A stretch of 29,115 nucleotides of DNA from a virus (IMGVR_UViG_3300026270_000021:1-29115); one strand, 5' to 3'; numbered from the stretch's first letter, positions 8,478 through 18,118 are shown. The notes: a model not told the origin generated them from the letters alone. Translations and numbers: made by a program.

Positions 8478-9155
8478 ATGGCTGGACAAAGGGGTTTTGT
8501 CTACGAAGAGAAAATCCATAATAAGTTGAAGGCAAAAGGAATTGCTCCAGCAGGTTTTACTCCTGCAAAGGCAAATCCATTTGCACCTGATGCAATGTTT
8601 ATGTACAAAGGTTCTTCAAATAAACTTGAAGTCAAGTTGAATCTTTCTACAGACTATGGTCAAGGAACTCTAAACTATGAAAATGGTATTTGGAGACTTG
8701 GTGGTGCTTCTACTCCAGAAGCAGATATTCTCCGCGATCTGATGCGTGGAGTTGGTATTGAACAATATGCAAATGCTGAGTGGGGACCTAAAGGTGCTCC
8801 ATTCAAAGGGACTGTTCCAACAGAGCAGTTCACTCAGGAAATGGTAACCTCTGATTATTCAAAATTTGGTAATCGCTATAAGGTAATTCCAAGTTCTGCT
8901 TTGCATAATTACTATGCCGCGAAAGGAACTCTTTATATTCAGATTGGTGGATATGGTCTTTATTATATGCGGTCAAATCCTCTACGCCTTCCAATCCCAC
9001 AATTCAATCCTGGATTGAGGATTCGTATTCGTACAAAGCGTGGTGGTAGTGTCCCTATTAATAATTATCGTTTTACTACCGCACTTCAGGTTACTACCAA
9101 ACCTGGAATCTCAGCATATGATCTCGACAAAAGTTTGGACATTTTAGATTCATGA
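8478..9155 (+). CDS. Putative PD-(D/E)XK restriction-endonuclease-like protein
   Basis: N-terminal GFVYEEKI helix, then PDAMF...KLEVKL, matching the E...PD...EXK catalytic arrangement. Confidence 0.7.
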   Translation: MAGQRGFVYEEKIHNKLKAKGIAPAGFTPAKANPFAPDAMFMYKGSSNKLEVKLNLSTDYGQGTLNYENGIWRLGGASTPEADILRDLMRGVGIEQYANAEWGPKGAPFKGTVPTEQFTQEMVTSDYSKFGNRYKVIPSSALHNYYAAKGTLYIQIGGYGLYYMRSNPLRLPIPQFNPGLRIRIRTKRGGSVPINNYRFTTALQVTTKPGISAYDLDKSLDILDS

Positions 9156-9367
9156 ATCCATACGTTCAAGAATTAATTAACGATTATAATGGTGATAACT
9201 ATGAACAATTCACCAGATACATTTACATGACTTTCCAGCGTGAGATTGATTCTACTAGGGGTAAAGATAAGGATAAATATATAAAGATACGAAATGACAT
9301 TTTAAAGTACATAGTCGCTAATCGTGGAAATGTTACTTTGGAACTACGCAGAAACCGATATCAATGA
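9152..9367 (+). CDS. Hypothetical protein (71 aa)
   Basis: ATGA overlaps at both ends; contains internal ATAAATA (9273-9279). Confidence 0.75.
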   Translation: MNPYVQELINDYNGDNYEQFTRYIYMTFQREIDSTRGKDKDKYIKIRNDILKYIVANRGNVTLELRRNRYQ

Positions 9368-10644
9368 AATCCTTTTTTAAATTTCTAAGCGAATCCGCAG
9401 CACAGCAAGCAGCACGTCTTGGTCTGGAGGGTGACGGTCATGGTTCTTGGTATGATAGGACCACTAAGGAATTTGTAGCGAAAACTGAAAAGGGTAAATT
9501 AAAATTCTATAATAAGAGACAGAAGATTGGTAAGGGTGATCCCGATCAAACTGAATTAGAAAAGAATGTCTCTGATCCAAACTTTACAGATCCAGGTCTA
9601 AAACAAGAACCTCAACAAGTTGCACCAGAACAACAAGCAGCACCTGCTCCAGCACAACCAGCAGTAGAATTGAATCCAGATCTTGCTGCAGGTCCACAAA
9701 AAGCAGTAAAATCAAAAGGAACTCTTACTATTGCTTTTGGTCGATTCAATCCTCCACATATTGGACATCAGCAATTGATGGATACCGCCAAGGCAGAGGC
9801 AGATAAAGAACACGGTGACTATATTATTGTTCCATCTCGTTCAAATGATCCGAAGAAAAATCCTCTTGATGCTGACACTAAAGTTGCATTTATGAGAGGG
9901 ATGTTCTCTAAGCATGCTGGTAGAATTCAAAATGATGTTAACACTAGAACTATCTTCGATGTTTTGAAGAAAGCGCATAGTGATGGATATGAAAATATAA
10001 GAATTGTTGGTGGTGCTGACAGAGTAGGTGAATTTAATAAATTAGCAAATAATTACAACGGTACTCTTTATCAGTTTAATAAAATTGATGTAGTATCTGC
10101 AGGCGAAAGAGATCCAGACGCTGAAGGAGTAGAGGGTCTTTCTGCATCAAGATTAAGACTTGCTGCTTCTGAAAATGATTATAGAACTTTCAAAATGGCA
10201 ATGCCTGATGGTATGACGCCTAAGGAAATCAAAGATCTTTATAATACACTTCGTATGTCGATGGGTATCAATGAAGAGTGGGGTATTTGGGAAATGGCAC
10301 CCAAGTTTGATCAACAAACTCTACGTGAAAATTATGTAAGCAAGACAATATATCGAATTGGTGAATGGGTTGAAAATATGAATACTGGATTGGTTGGAAA
10401 AATTGTTCGTAGAGGTGCAAATCATCTTATCTGTGTCACAGAAGATGATATTATGTTTAAGTCTTGGATTAGAGATGTTAACGAAGCAATTGTCAATGGA
10501 ACTGAAGTTGGTGGAGTTCCTGCAGATCAACGTTTGGTAGGAACTGATTCACACTTTAAGTACGTTTCATCTATGGTTCCAGGCGCTATGTCTAGCGGAA
10601 TCGCGTTTATAAATAAATATAAGATAGGAAAACGTAAATCGTAA
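9364..10644 (+). CDS. Cytidyltransferase-like (HIGH-family nucleotidyltransferase) protein
   Basis: TIAFGRFNPPHIGH, VGGADRV, VVSAGERDPDAEGVEGLSASRLR; N-terminus MKSFFKFLSE. Confidence 0.9.
   Translation: MKSFFKFLSESAAQQAARLGLEGDGHGSWYDRTTKEFVAKTEKGKLKFYNKRQKIGKGDPDQTELEKNVSDPNFTDPGLKQEPQQVAPEQQAAPAPAQPAVELNPDLAAGPQKAVKSKGTLTIAFGRFNPPHIGHQQLMDTAKAEADKEHGDYIIVPSRSNDPKKNPLDADTKVAFMRGMFSKHAGRIQNDVNTRTIFDVLKKAHSDGYENIRIVGGADRVGEFNKLANNYNGTLYQFNKIDVVSAGERDPDAEGVEGLSASRLRLAASENDYRTFKMAMPDGMTPKEIKDLYNTLRMSMGINEEWGIWEMAPKFDQQTLRENYVSKTIYRIGEWVENMNTGLVGKIVRRGANHLICVTEDDIMFKSWIRDVNEAIVNGTEVGGVPADQRLVGTDSHFKYVSSMVPGAMSSGIAFINKYKIGKRKS
10608..10615 (+). promoter_or_regulatory. Late promoter embedded in upstream CDS
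   Basis: Exact TATAAATA 36 nt before ATG 10652. Confidence 0.7.
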
Positions 10645-10651
10645 ATCTTCG

Positions 10652-11926
10652 ATGACTAAAAATATATTTGAAGACCTTCCAGCACGTAAGCATGCCGCTG
10701 CATCCGCAGCTCCTGCCGCTAAAGAAGGCGGAAAAATGGATAGTGGTGAAGGAGGTTCTGAAAAGAAAATCCGTCAGGCTGTCTATGACATTCGTTATCG
10801 TGCAAGAAGAGAAGGTATCGATTTAAGAGCAGCATACTCTCAGTATATGCAGAATAGTAATTTGAGTGCTCCTGAACAGGCAGCAGTTAGAGCAAAACTG
10901 TTTGGTAAAGATGGTGGTGGCGGAGAGAAGAAAGAATCGTATGATTCATTGATGGCAGACAGTGCTACCGATACTGTTGCTAACGCACTCTTCAAAGTAT
11001 TTGTTGAGAAAGTTGAAAAAGAACCTGTCGAAGAAGATGCAGGTGCAGAGAGAAAGTATAAAGTAAGAGTTACTGATCCTAAGAGTGATAGATCATATGT
11101 GAGATATGCTAATCGTTCTAAGATCACAGAACTGAGAGCAAAAGGTCTCAAAGTTGAAATGACTGAGCATGGTGAACCTTATGAAGGTGAAAAGAAAAAA
11201 GGCGGTAAGATGGATCCAGTTGCTAAAAATCCAGCAGCAAGAGATGGTGATGTAAACAACGATGGTAAAAAAGATAAGACTGACAAATACATCTATGCTC
11301 GTCGCGATGCAATCAACGCAGCGATTGCTAAGAAGAAGGGTGAAGTTAAAGAAGATTTTTTGATTGATGGAACTACTTCAACTGAAGGTCAGGGAAGAAT
11401 GGTTCCTGATGGTAAGGTTAATAACTACGCTGGTAAAAAACCAGTAGTTCAGATTAATCCAGATTCTGAAGTAGGTAAGAATCTTCGCGCTCATACTGAA
11501 GTTGAGATGTCTGCATCTCAGCGTCGTTTGATGGAAATGATTGCTGAGAAGAAAAAATCAGGAAAATGTTCCCACACTCCTGTAGGTGAAGAGTGTGAAG
11601 TACACGGTAAAAAATCTTGTCCTGACAATGTTGAAGAACAAGTAATGAACTGTGGATGTGATCAGAATCCTTGTGTGACTTATGGAGAGGGTAAGGAAGA
11701 AACTTGCCCCAGGTGTAAGAAGTGTCCTTGTGAATGTGGTCACATGGATAGAGAAAAAAGAACTTACAGAGAACTTCTTAAAAATAAGTTGAGAGCAATG
11801 GGTATGAAAAACCCAATGATGCTTGGAGCACCTGAAGACGGTGAAGCAGTTATGAAGATTATGACATCTCAAACTGCTAAAATGGCTACCGAAGGGTACG
11901 GTAAGAAGAAGAAAAAGAAAAAGTAA
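10652..11926 (+). CDS. Hypothetical modular late protein (EF-hand-like loop, Cys/His-rich region, poly-Lys tail)
   Basis: DGDVNNDGKKDKTD; CSHTPVGEECEVHGKKSC; CGCDQNPC; CPRCKKCPCECGH; ends GYGKKKKKKK. Confidence 0.85.
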   Translation: MTKNIFEDLPARKHAAASAAPAAKEGGKMDSGEGGSEKKIRQAVYDIRYRARREGIDLRAAYSQYMQNSNLSAPEQAAVRAKLFGKDGGGGEKKESYDSLMADSATDTVANALFKVFVEKVEKEPVEEDAGAERKYKVRVTDPKSDRSYVRYANRSKITELRAKGLKVEMTEHGEPYEGEKKKGGKMDPVAKNPAARDGDVNNDGKKDKTDKYIYARRDAINAAIAKKKGEVKEDFLIDGTTSTEGQGRMVPDGKVNNYAGKKPVVQINPDSEVGKNLRAHTEVEMSASQRRLMEMIAEKKKSGKCSHTPVGEECEVHGKKSCPDNVEEQVMNCGCDQNPCVTYGEGKEETCPRCKKCPCECGHMDREKRTYRELLKNKLRAMGMKNPMMLGAPEDGEAVMKIMTSQTAKMATEGYGKKKKKKK

Positions 11927-11965
11927 TTCTTAACTCGCTATATACTGTAAGTATGTGATAAGAAA

Positions 11966-12172
11966 ATGCTTTCATTTTTACTACCCCTTGCTTCAAAAAT
12001 TATCTCCGATGCGGTCGCGAAGATTCCGGAAAATGAGGAACTTGGTGAGAAGTTGGTTGAGATCTGTCTTGTTATCTTGGGTAAAGCGGTTAAGTTGACC
12101 AAGACTGAGATGGATGACCAATTGTTAGAAGTTGTCAAGAAGGCAATGGTGGCAAGAGAAGGCGAGGAGTAA
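11966..12172 (+). CDS. Small helical hypothetical protein
   Basis: MLSFLLPLASKII...AVKLTKTEMDDQLLEVV; 68 aa. Confidence 0.8.
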   Translation: MLSFLLPLASKIISDAVAKIPENEELGEKLVEICLVILGKAVKLTKTEMDDQLLEVVKKAMVAREGEE

Positions 12173-12184
12173 TTCCTTACTTTT

Positions 12185-12192
12185 TATAAATA
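12185..12192 (+). promoter_or_regulatory. Late promoter
   Basis: Exact TATAAATA, intergenic, 29 nt before ATG 12222. Confidence 0.8.
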
Positions 12193-12221
12193 TCTTTATA
12201 CAAGATTCAAAGGTAAAAGAC

Positions 12222-12518
12222 ATGGCACCACTTTGGGGATCTGGAGATGTATCCGGTGATGAGCCAAAATTCACAGCACACCATGAGGGCATGGATACAT
12301 CCAACCTCACAGTTTTTGGTGTAGACGCAACTGAACTTGGAGTAGCAAATGCTGCTTCTGGTGATGCCCGTAAGTACGCACCTGCCCACGGTGGTTGGGT
12401 TGGTATTACTACATATAATGATATGCACGGAAATCTCAGAGTCAAAACTGAATCTCTTGTTGCAATTGGAATCACTGGACTTGACCAGGCAGACGATACA
12501 ATCCTCCCAGATAGTTGA
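12222..12518 (+). CDS. Putative virion structural (capsid-decoration-type) protein
   Basis: MAPLWG...HGGWVG...GNLRVKTESLVA pattern recalled from T4-like phage structural proteins; follows late promoter and AAGG SD. Confidence 0.7.
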   Translation: MAPLWGSGDVSGDEPKFTAHHEGMDTSNLTVFGVDATELGVANAASGDARKYAPAHGGWVGITTYNDMHGNLRVKTESLVAIGITGLDQADDTILPDS

Positions 12519-12534
12519 TAACGTGGGTTAATAT

Positions 12535-12906
12535 ATGAGATTTAATGAATTGAATGAGAGTAATTATTTACTCTTTGCTATAAAATTTTATAACAATCCA
12601 CAAGCAGTCACAAGAGATGATTTTGAGTCTGACTTAAAGCGGATTAGATATATTAAACGATTATTGAAAAGATATAAAAATACGGGTGAACTTAAAGTTC
12701 ATCTTATATTGAATCATCTTATTATATTATTCAATGTCTTTGACGATGCTGCAGTTCCTCTTCTTTTTTATAATTTAGAAGAAGAACTTTGGCCATCTAT
12801 AAAAAGTTTTCTGACCTTTTTAAATAGAATTCCTGAGTACCCAAAAACTCATATATCAGGAATTCCTATTGACTATGATTGTTTACAAGAATTGCAATCA
12901 CTCTAA
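12535..12906 (+). CDS. Conserved T4-like hypothetical protein
   Basis: FAIKFYNNPQ...DLKRIRYIKRLLKRY...LILNHLIILFNVF. Confidence 0.85.
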   Translation: MRFNELNESNYLLFAIKFYNNPQAVTRDDFESDLKRIRYIKRLLKRYKNTGELKVHLILNHLIILFNVFDDAAVPLLFYNLEEELWPSIKSFLTFLNRIPEYPKTHISGIPIDYDCLQELQSL

Positions 12907-13112
12907 TGGATATCGACAAAATAATTGATATTGTTAGAACTCTCAAAGAAGAGGGTGGTCCTACTATGGCAATGGGTAATGGTCAGATTGCTGGTTCTTA
13001 TGAAGCAGGAGATAATCCTCCGGTCAGGAGTAATCTTCCAGTAAAGAAAAAAAGAAAACCAACACCAATTGGTCGTTATGGAACCCGTAGAACCTGGATG
13101 CAAAATGGATGA
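12906..13112 (+). CDS. Small hypothetical protein (68 aa)
   Basis: TAATG coupling; LKEEGGPTMAMGNGQIAG...DNPPV followed by a basic C-terminal stretch. Confidence 0.75.
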   Translation: MDIDKIIDIVRTLKEEGGPTMAMGNGQIAGSYEAGDNPPVRSNLPVKKKRKPTPIGRYGTRRTWMQNG

Positions 13113-13494
13113 TGCTGCTGGAGTCAATGCTGCTATTTTGGAAAGACTTGAAAGGGTGGTAGAATCCTTACAGGATAACTCTGTCAAGATGGGACAATTA
13201 CTTGCTGTCCACAATGAGAAATTAGAAAAGCAAGATAGAATTGATGCTGTACTCTTTGAGAAGGTAGAAAGCGTACATAGAGAAGTTAACCGTAGAGCAG
13301 ACGAAATAAAGAAAGGATGTGAAAGAGATATCAAAAAGATTGATGAACGTCTTCGTTTGATGGAAAAGAAAATGTGGACCATTGCTGGTGGTCTGATCGT
13401 CATCTCATTTATTGTCAGTGTGCCAGGTCAGAAACTGATGCAAAGTTTCTTGACTCCCCAAGCACAGCAGGTTATAATACAGGAAACAAAGTGA
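13105..13494 (+). CDS. Coiled-coil protein with C-terminal transmembrane helix, upstream of primase
   Basis: Heptad-rich N-terminal part, ERLRLMEKKMW then TIAGGLIVISFIVSV. Confidence 0.8.
   Translation: MDDAAGVNAAILERLERVVESLQDNSVKMGQLLAVHNEKLEKQDRIDAVLFEKVESVHREVNRRADEIKKGCERDIKKIDERLRLMEKKMWTIAGGLIVISFIVSVPGQKLMQSFLTPQAQQVIIQETK
13450..13478 (+). promoter_or_regulatory. Sigma70-type promoter for primase-nrdA-nrdB
   Basis: TTGACT (13450-13455), 17 bp spacer, TATAAT (13473-13478). Confidence 0.75.
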
Positions 13495-13503
13495 TCTGTT
13501 GTA

Positions 13504-14475
13504 ATGGATCTGATTGATTCCAAGTATGTTGGATTAATTTCGTCACGCCTACAAAAATTTAAAAAGGTCAAGTCTGACTTATACAACTTCCGTTGCCCTA
13601 TCTGTGGAGATTCACAGAAGAACAAGAACAAGTGTCGTGGGTATATGTATGTTGTGAAGAACAACACTAACTTCAAGTGCCATAACTGTGGTGCTAGTTT
13701 GTCGTTGAATAATTTTATCAAGAAACTTGATACTACTCTTCACAAACAATATACACTTGAGAAGTTTAAGGAAGGTCATACTGGCAAGAACTTCACTGCA
13801 GAAGAACCCGTTTTTAACTTCAAGAAACCAGTTTTCAAGAAGAAACTCAACTTGCCTAAAGCATCTGAGAATCCTGCTGCAAAAAAGTACCTGGTTGAAA
13901 GAAATCTAAATCCAGAAAAGTTTTACTTTACTGACAAGTTCAAAGAGTGGACAAATACTAAAAAACAAACATTTGACTCCACATATAGGGATGAACCACG
14001 TATCATCATACCAATGTATGATTCTAACAAGAACTTAATTGGTTTTCAGGGTAGAAGTCTAGTTCCTAACTCTGTTAAATATATCACTGTGATGTTGAAT
14101 GATGATTCTCCGAAACTTTACGGACTTGAAAACATCGATGAAAAACAACCGATTTACATTGTTGAAGGACCGTTTGACTCCACGTTCGTGGAAAACGCTG
14201 TTGCTATGTGTGGGTCCGATGTTGATATTCGGTCGTTTGGTTGGGGCGATCATATTTGGGTTCTTGATAATGAACCACGTAACCGAGAAATCGTCAACAG
14301 AATTGCCAAACTCATCGATAGAGGAGAGAAGGTAGTAATCTGGGGAAACAACATTGTGGAGAAAGACATCAACGATATGATCCTTGCTGGACATGACGTT
14401 ATGTCTATGATAAAATTGAATACATATGCTGGTTTAGAAGCAAAAATTAAATTTAACACTTGGAAAAAAGTATGA
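13504..14475 (+). CDS. gp61: DNA primase (T4 gp61)
   Basis: Zn finger FRCPICGDS...FKCHNCG; FQGRSL; TOPRIM motifs IVEGPFDS, LDNEPRN, KDINDM. Confidence 0.98.
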   Translation: MDLIDSKYVGLISSRLQKFKKVKSDLYNFRCPICGDSQKNKNKCRGYMYVVKNNTNFKCHNCGASLSLNNFIKKLDTTLHKQYTLEKFKEGHTGKNFTAEEPVFNFKKPVFKKKLNLPKASENPAAKKYLVERNLNPEKFYFTDKFKEWTNTKKQTFDSTYRDEPRIIIPMYDSNKNLIGFQGRSLVPNSVKYITVMLNDDSPKLYGLENIDEKQPIYIVEGPFDSTFVENAVAMCGSDVDIRSFGWGDHIWVLDNEPRNREIVNRIAKLIDRGEKVVIWGNNIVEKDINDMILAGHDVMSMIKLNTYAGLEAKIKFNTWKKV

Positions 14476-16769
14476 GCAACGGGACAAAGGTAATTAAGAG
14501 AAATGGAAATACCGAACCTCTTGATCTGAATAAACTCCACGTAATGGTGGAAGAAGCATGTAATGATCTGGCAGGTGTTTCAGCATCTCAGGTCGAAATG
14601 CAATCTGGCATTCAATTCTACGATGGCATCACTACAGCAGAGATTCAAGAGATCTTGATTCGCTCTGCAAGCGACTTAATTGATCTGGACCACCCCAACT
14701 ATCAATTCGTCGCTGCTCGCCTGCTCTTGTTCGCTCTCAGGAAGCAGATCAATGGTCGTAGGCACGAGACACTATCTGTTTATGAGCATACTAAACTCTG
14801 TGTAGGGAAAGGAGTCTATGATCCTGAGATTCTTGATCTTTACAGTAAAGAAGAGTTTGATAAACTAGAATCTTTCATTGATCATCAACGTGATTACCTG
14901 TTTACCTATGCAGGTCTTCGTCAAGTTGTAGATAAGTATCTGGTTCAAGATCGCAGCAGTGGCGCACAGTACGAGACACCACAGTTCATGTATCTGTTGA
15001 TCGCTGCAACTATTTTTTCAAAATATCCAAAAGAAACCCGTTTAGATTACGTAAAAAAATATTATGACGCAATCAGCAGACACAAAATCAACATTCCCAC
15101 ACCTATCATGGCGGGAGTGCGAACTCCACTTCGACAATATGCTAGCTGTGTTCTTGTTGATATTGATGACTCCCTCGATTCTATCTTTAGCTCTGATATG
15201 GCAATTGGCAAATACGTTGCACAACGGGCGGGCATCGGTATCAACGCAGGCAGAATCCGTGGCATCAACGCTAAAATCCGAGGCGGAGAAGTTCAGCACA
15301 CAGGTGTTGTTCCATTCCTCAAAAAATTTGAAAGCACTGTCAGGTGCTGTACTCAAAATGGCATTCGCGGTGGATCGGCTACAGTACACTTCCCAATCTG
15401 GCACCAAGAAATAGAGGATATCATTGTACTCAAGAACAATAAAGGGACAGAAGATAACCGTGTCCGAAAGTTGGACTACAGCATCCAGATCTCTAAACTC
15501 TTCTACGAAAGGTTTATTAAGAATGAAGAAATTAGTCTCTTCTCACCTCACGATGTTCCAGGTCTTTATGATGCTTTTGGCACTGAATCGTTTGATGATC
15601 TCTATACAAGTTATGAATCTGATGGATCTGTTCCGAGAAAAACTATTGGGGCACAAGATCTCTTCTTAGATATTCTGAAAGAACGTGCAGAGACAGGTCG
15701 TCTTTATATTATGAATATTGATCACTGCAACTCTCACTCATCTTTTATGGACAAAGTTGAGATGAGTAATCTTTGTCAGGAGATTACTTTACCTACTAAA
15801 CCACTTCAACATATTGATGATGAAAATGGAGAAATTGCTCTTTGCATTCTTAGTGCTGTTAACGTTGGAAAAATCAGGGATCTTGAGGATCTTCAAATTC
15901 TTTGCGATCTTGCTGTTAGGAGTCTTGATGAACTTATTGATTTTCAAAACTACCCCATTAGAGCAGCAGAAATCGCCACAAAGGCACGTCGTTCACTGGG
16001 AATCGGTTACATCGGTTTAGCGCACTTCCTGGCGAAGCAGGGACTCAATTACAGCGATTCAGATGCCTGGAGTGCAGTTCACAAACTGACCGAAGCCTTC
16101 CAATATTACTTAATTTCTGCTACAGTAGAACTTGCGAAGGAAAAGGGTGCTTGTGAGTATAGCAGCCGAACAAAGTATGGAAATGGAATTCTTCCAATCG
16201 ATACATATAAGCATGACGTGGATGAAATCGTTCCCAATGAGCTTACCTACGATTGGGAGCACCTTAGAACTGAGATTCTTGCCTACGGAGTTAGGAACTC
16301 AACATTGTCGGCACAAATGCCTTCGGAGAGCAGTTCCGTTGTGTCAAACGCAACAAATGGAATTGAACCGCCTAGAGGATACTTGTCCGTTAAGAAGAGC
16401 AAAAAGGGACCGCTCAAACAGATCGTTCCCCAATATGCAACTCTTAAAAACAATTATACGCTCCTCTGGGATATGGAGTCCAATCGTGGTTATATTAATA
16501 TTGTTGCTGTGATGCAAAAGTTCTTCGACCAAGCAATCAGCGGCAACTGGAGTTATAATCCACAGAACTATCCAGACAATGAAGTGCCAGTATCCGTAAT
16601 GGCGCAGGATCTTCTAACTACATACAAATACGGTTGGAAGACTTCATATTATCAGAACACATACGACTTCAAGACTGACGAGGTAGAGGATACTAAGGAA
16701 AGTCTTGACAACTTAATCAATCAACTAGAAAACGCAGAGGAGGAAGATTGTGAGTCTTGTAAGATTTAA
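14472..16769 (+). CDS. nrdA: Ribonucleotide reductase class Ia alpha subunit
   Basis: ATP cone (VIKRNG), PTPIMAG, ASCVL, SNLCQEI, AQMPSESSS, KTSYY, C-terminal CESCKI. Confidence 0.99.
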   Translation: MSNGTKVIKRNGNTEPLDLNKLHVMVEEACNDLAGVSASQVEMQSGIQFYDGITTAEIQEILIRSASDLIDLDHPNYQFVAARLLLFALRKQINGRRHETLSVYEHTKLCVGKGVYDPEILDLYSKEEFDKLESFIDHQRDYLFTYAGLRQVVDKYLVQDRSSGAQYETPQFMYLLIAATIFSKYPKETRLDYVKKYYDAISRHKINIPTPIMAGVRTPLRQYASCVLVDIDDSLDSIFSSDMAIGKYVAQRAGIGINAGRIRGINAKIRGGEVQHTGVVPFLKKFESTVRCCTQNGIRGGSATVHFPIWHQEIEDIIVLKNNKGTEDNRVRKLDYSIQISKLFYERFIKNEEISLFSPHDVPGLYDAFGTESFDDLYTSYESDGSVPRKTIGAQDLFLDILKERAETGRLYIMNIDHCNSHSSFMDKVEMSNLCQEITLPTKPLQHIDDENGEIALCILSAVNVGKIRDLEDLQILCDLAVRSLDELIDFQNYPIRAAEIATKARRSLGIGYIGLAHFLAKQGLNYSDSDAWSAVHKLTEAFQYYLISATVELAKEKGACEYSSRTKYGNGILPIDTYKHDVDEIVPNELTYDWEHLRTEILAYGVRNSTLSAQMPSESSSVVSNATNGIEPPRGYLSVKKSKKGPLKQIVPQYATLKNNYTLLWDMESNRGYINIVAVMQKFFDQAISGNWSYNPQNYPDNEVPVSVMAQDLLTTYKYGWKTSYYQNTYDFKTDEVEDTKESLDNLINQLENAEEEDCESCKI

Positions 16770-17934
16770 GACTAACAAAGAGGAAAGACCAAAAGTCGAT
16801 TCTATGACAGTATTCAACTCGGAAGCGGTTGATACTAAAAAACAACCAATGTTCTTTGGTAAACCACTTGGAATTCAAAGATACGATTCTTACAAGTATC
16901 CAATCTTTGACAAACTCACAACACAGCAACTTGGTTATTTCTGGAGACCAGAAGAGGTTTCATTACAAAAAGATCGTGCGGACTATCAGACACTACGCCC
17001 TGAACAGAAACACATTTTTACCAGCAATCTTAAATACCAGATCATGCTGGATTCTGTACAAGGGCGCGGTCCTGGGATGGCTTTCATCCCTTACTGCAGC
17101 TTACCTGAGTTAGAAGCGTGTATGGAAGTCTGGGGATTCATGGAAATGATCCACAGTCGTTCCTATACGCATATCATCAAGAATGTATATGCAGATCCCT
17201 CAGATGTGTTTGATCACATCCTTACGGATGATCGTATTGTTGAACGTGCAATGAGTGTCACAGAAGCATATAACGATTTCATCAATGCAGCACATCATTA
17301 TGACAGCACTAGTGATTGGCAGTACGCTTTACAAGAAGTCCCTTATGCACTCGATTCAAGATATGAACTCAAACGCAAACTCTTTAGAGCAATTGCAAAC
17401 GTTAATATTCTTGAAGGTATTCGCTTTTACGTCAGTTTCGCTTGCAGTTTTGCGTTTGGCGAACTCAAACTTATGGAAGGAAGTGCAAAAATCATCTCAC
17501 TGATTGCCAGGGATGAGAATCAGCATCTTGCTATTACTCAGAATATTCTGAAGAAGTGGAGAGAAGGTGATGATCCTGATATGGCAAAGATCTTCAAGGA
17601 AGAACAACGTTGGTTGTATTCTATGTTTGAGAAGACTGTAAACGAAGAAAAAGTTTGGGCAGAGTATCTGTTCAAAGATGGATCTATGATCGGTTTAAAT
17701 GACAAACTGCTACAACAGTATGTCGAATGGGTCGCTAACCGTAGAATGAAGGCAGTTGGACTGAAACCACTTTATGACGTTCCTGCCAAGAACAACCCAC
17801 TTCCCTGGACAGAACATTGGATCTCTTCTAAAGGTCTCCAAGTTGCACCTCAGGAAACTGAAGTGGAATCATATATTGTTGGAGGTATCAAACAAGATGT
17901 CAAAAAAGACACATTCTCAGGATTCCAACTCTGA
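16750..17934 (+). CDS. nrdB: Ribonucleotide reductase class Ia beta subunit
   Basis: FWRPEEV, LDSVQGR, EMIHSRSY (radical Tyr), LEGIRFYVSF, RDENQH, APQETE; GTG start. Confidence 0.99.
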   Translation: MSLVRFKTNKEERPKVDSMTVFNSEAVDTKKQPMFFGKPLGIQRYDSYKYPIFDKLTTQQLGYFWRPEEVSLQKDRADYQTLRPEQKHIFTSNLKYQIMLDSVQGRGPGMAFIPYCSLPELEACMEVWGFMEMIHSRSYTHIIKNVYADPSDVFDHILTDDRIVERAMSVTEAYNDFINAAHHYDSTSDWQYALQEVPYALDSRYELKRKLFRAIANVNILEGIRFYVSFACSFAFGELKLMEGSAKIISLIARDENQHLAITQNILKKWREGDDPDMAKIFKEEQRWLYSMFEKTVNEEKVWAEYLFKDGSMIGLNDKLLQQYVEWVANRRMKAVGLKPLYDVPAKNNPLPWTEHWISSKGLQVAPQETEVESYIVGGIKQDVKKDTFSGFQL

Positions 17935-18118
17935 TTTTGAAAAAATATGGAAGGAGATGGATGAGATTGAACCTCTCACTCCATCTTCTCCTTCAGAAAA
18001 AGAGTTAACTGATGAAGCACTAAGAGCATATAGAGAAGCAGCATTATCTGATTCATATATGTTTGGTGATTACAATGGATATGAGGCATATCAAGACTAT
18101 GGTGATATTCCAGATTGA
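17897..18118 (+). CDS. Small acidic hypothetical protein overlapping nrdB end
   Basis: MSKKTHSQDSNSDFEKIWKEMDEIEPL...; fills the space up to the terminator; start uncertain. Confidence 0.55.
   Translation: MSKKTHSQDSNSDFEKIWKEMDEIEPLTPSSPSEKELTDEALRAYREAALSDSYMFGDYNGYEAYQDYGDIPD

Noticed and set aside
2274-17934. Inteins or group I introns in gp43, gp41, nrdA or nrdB
   Set aside because: ORFs are continuous and of ordinary length, with no visible intein splice motifs or LAGLIDADG inserts
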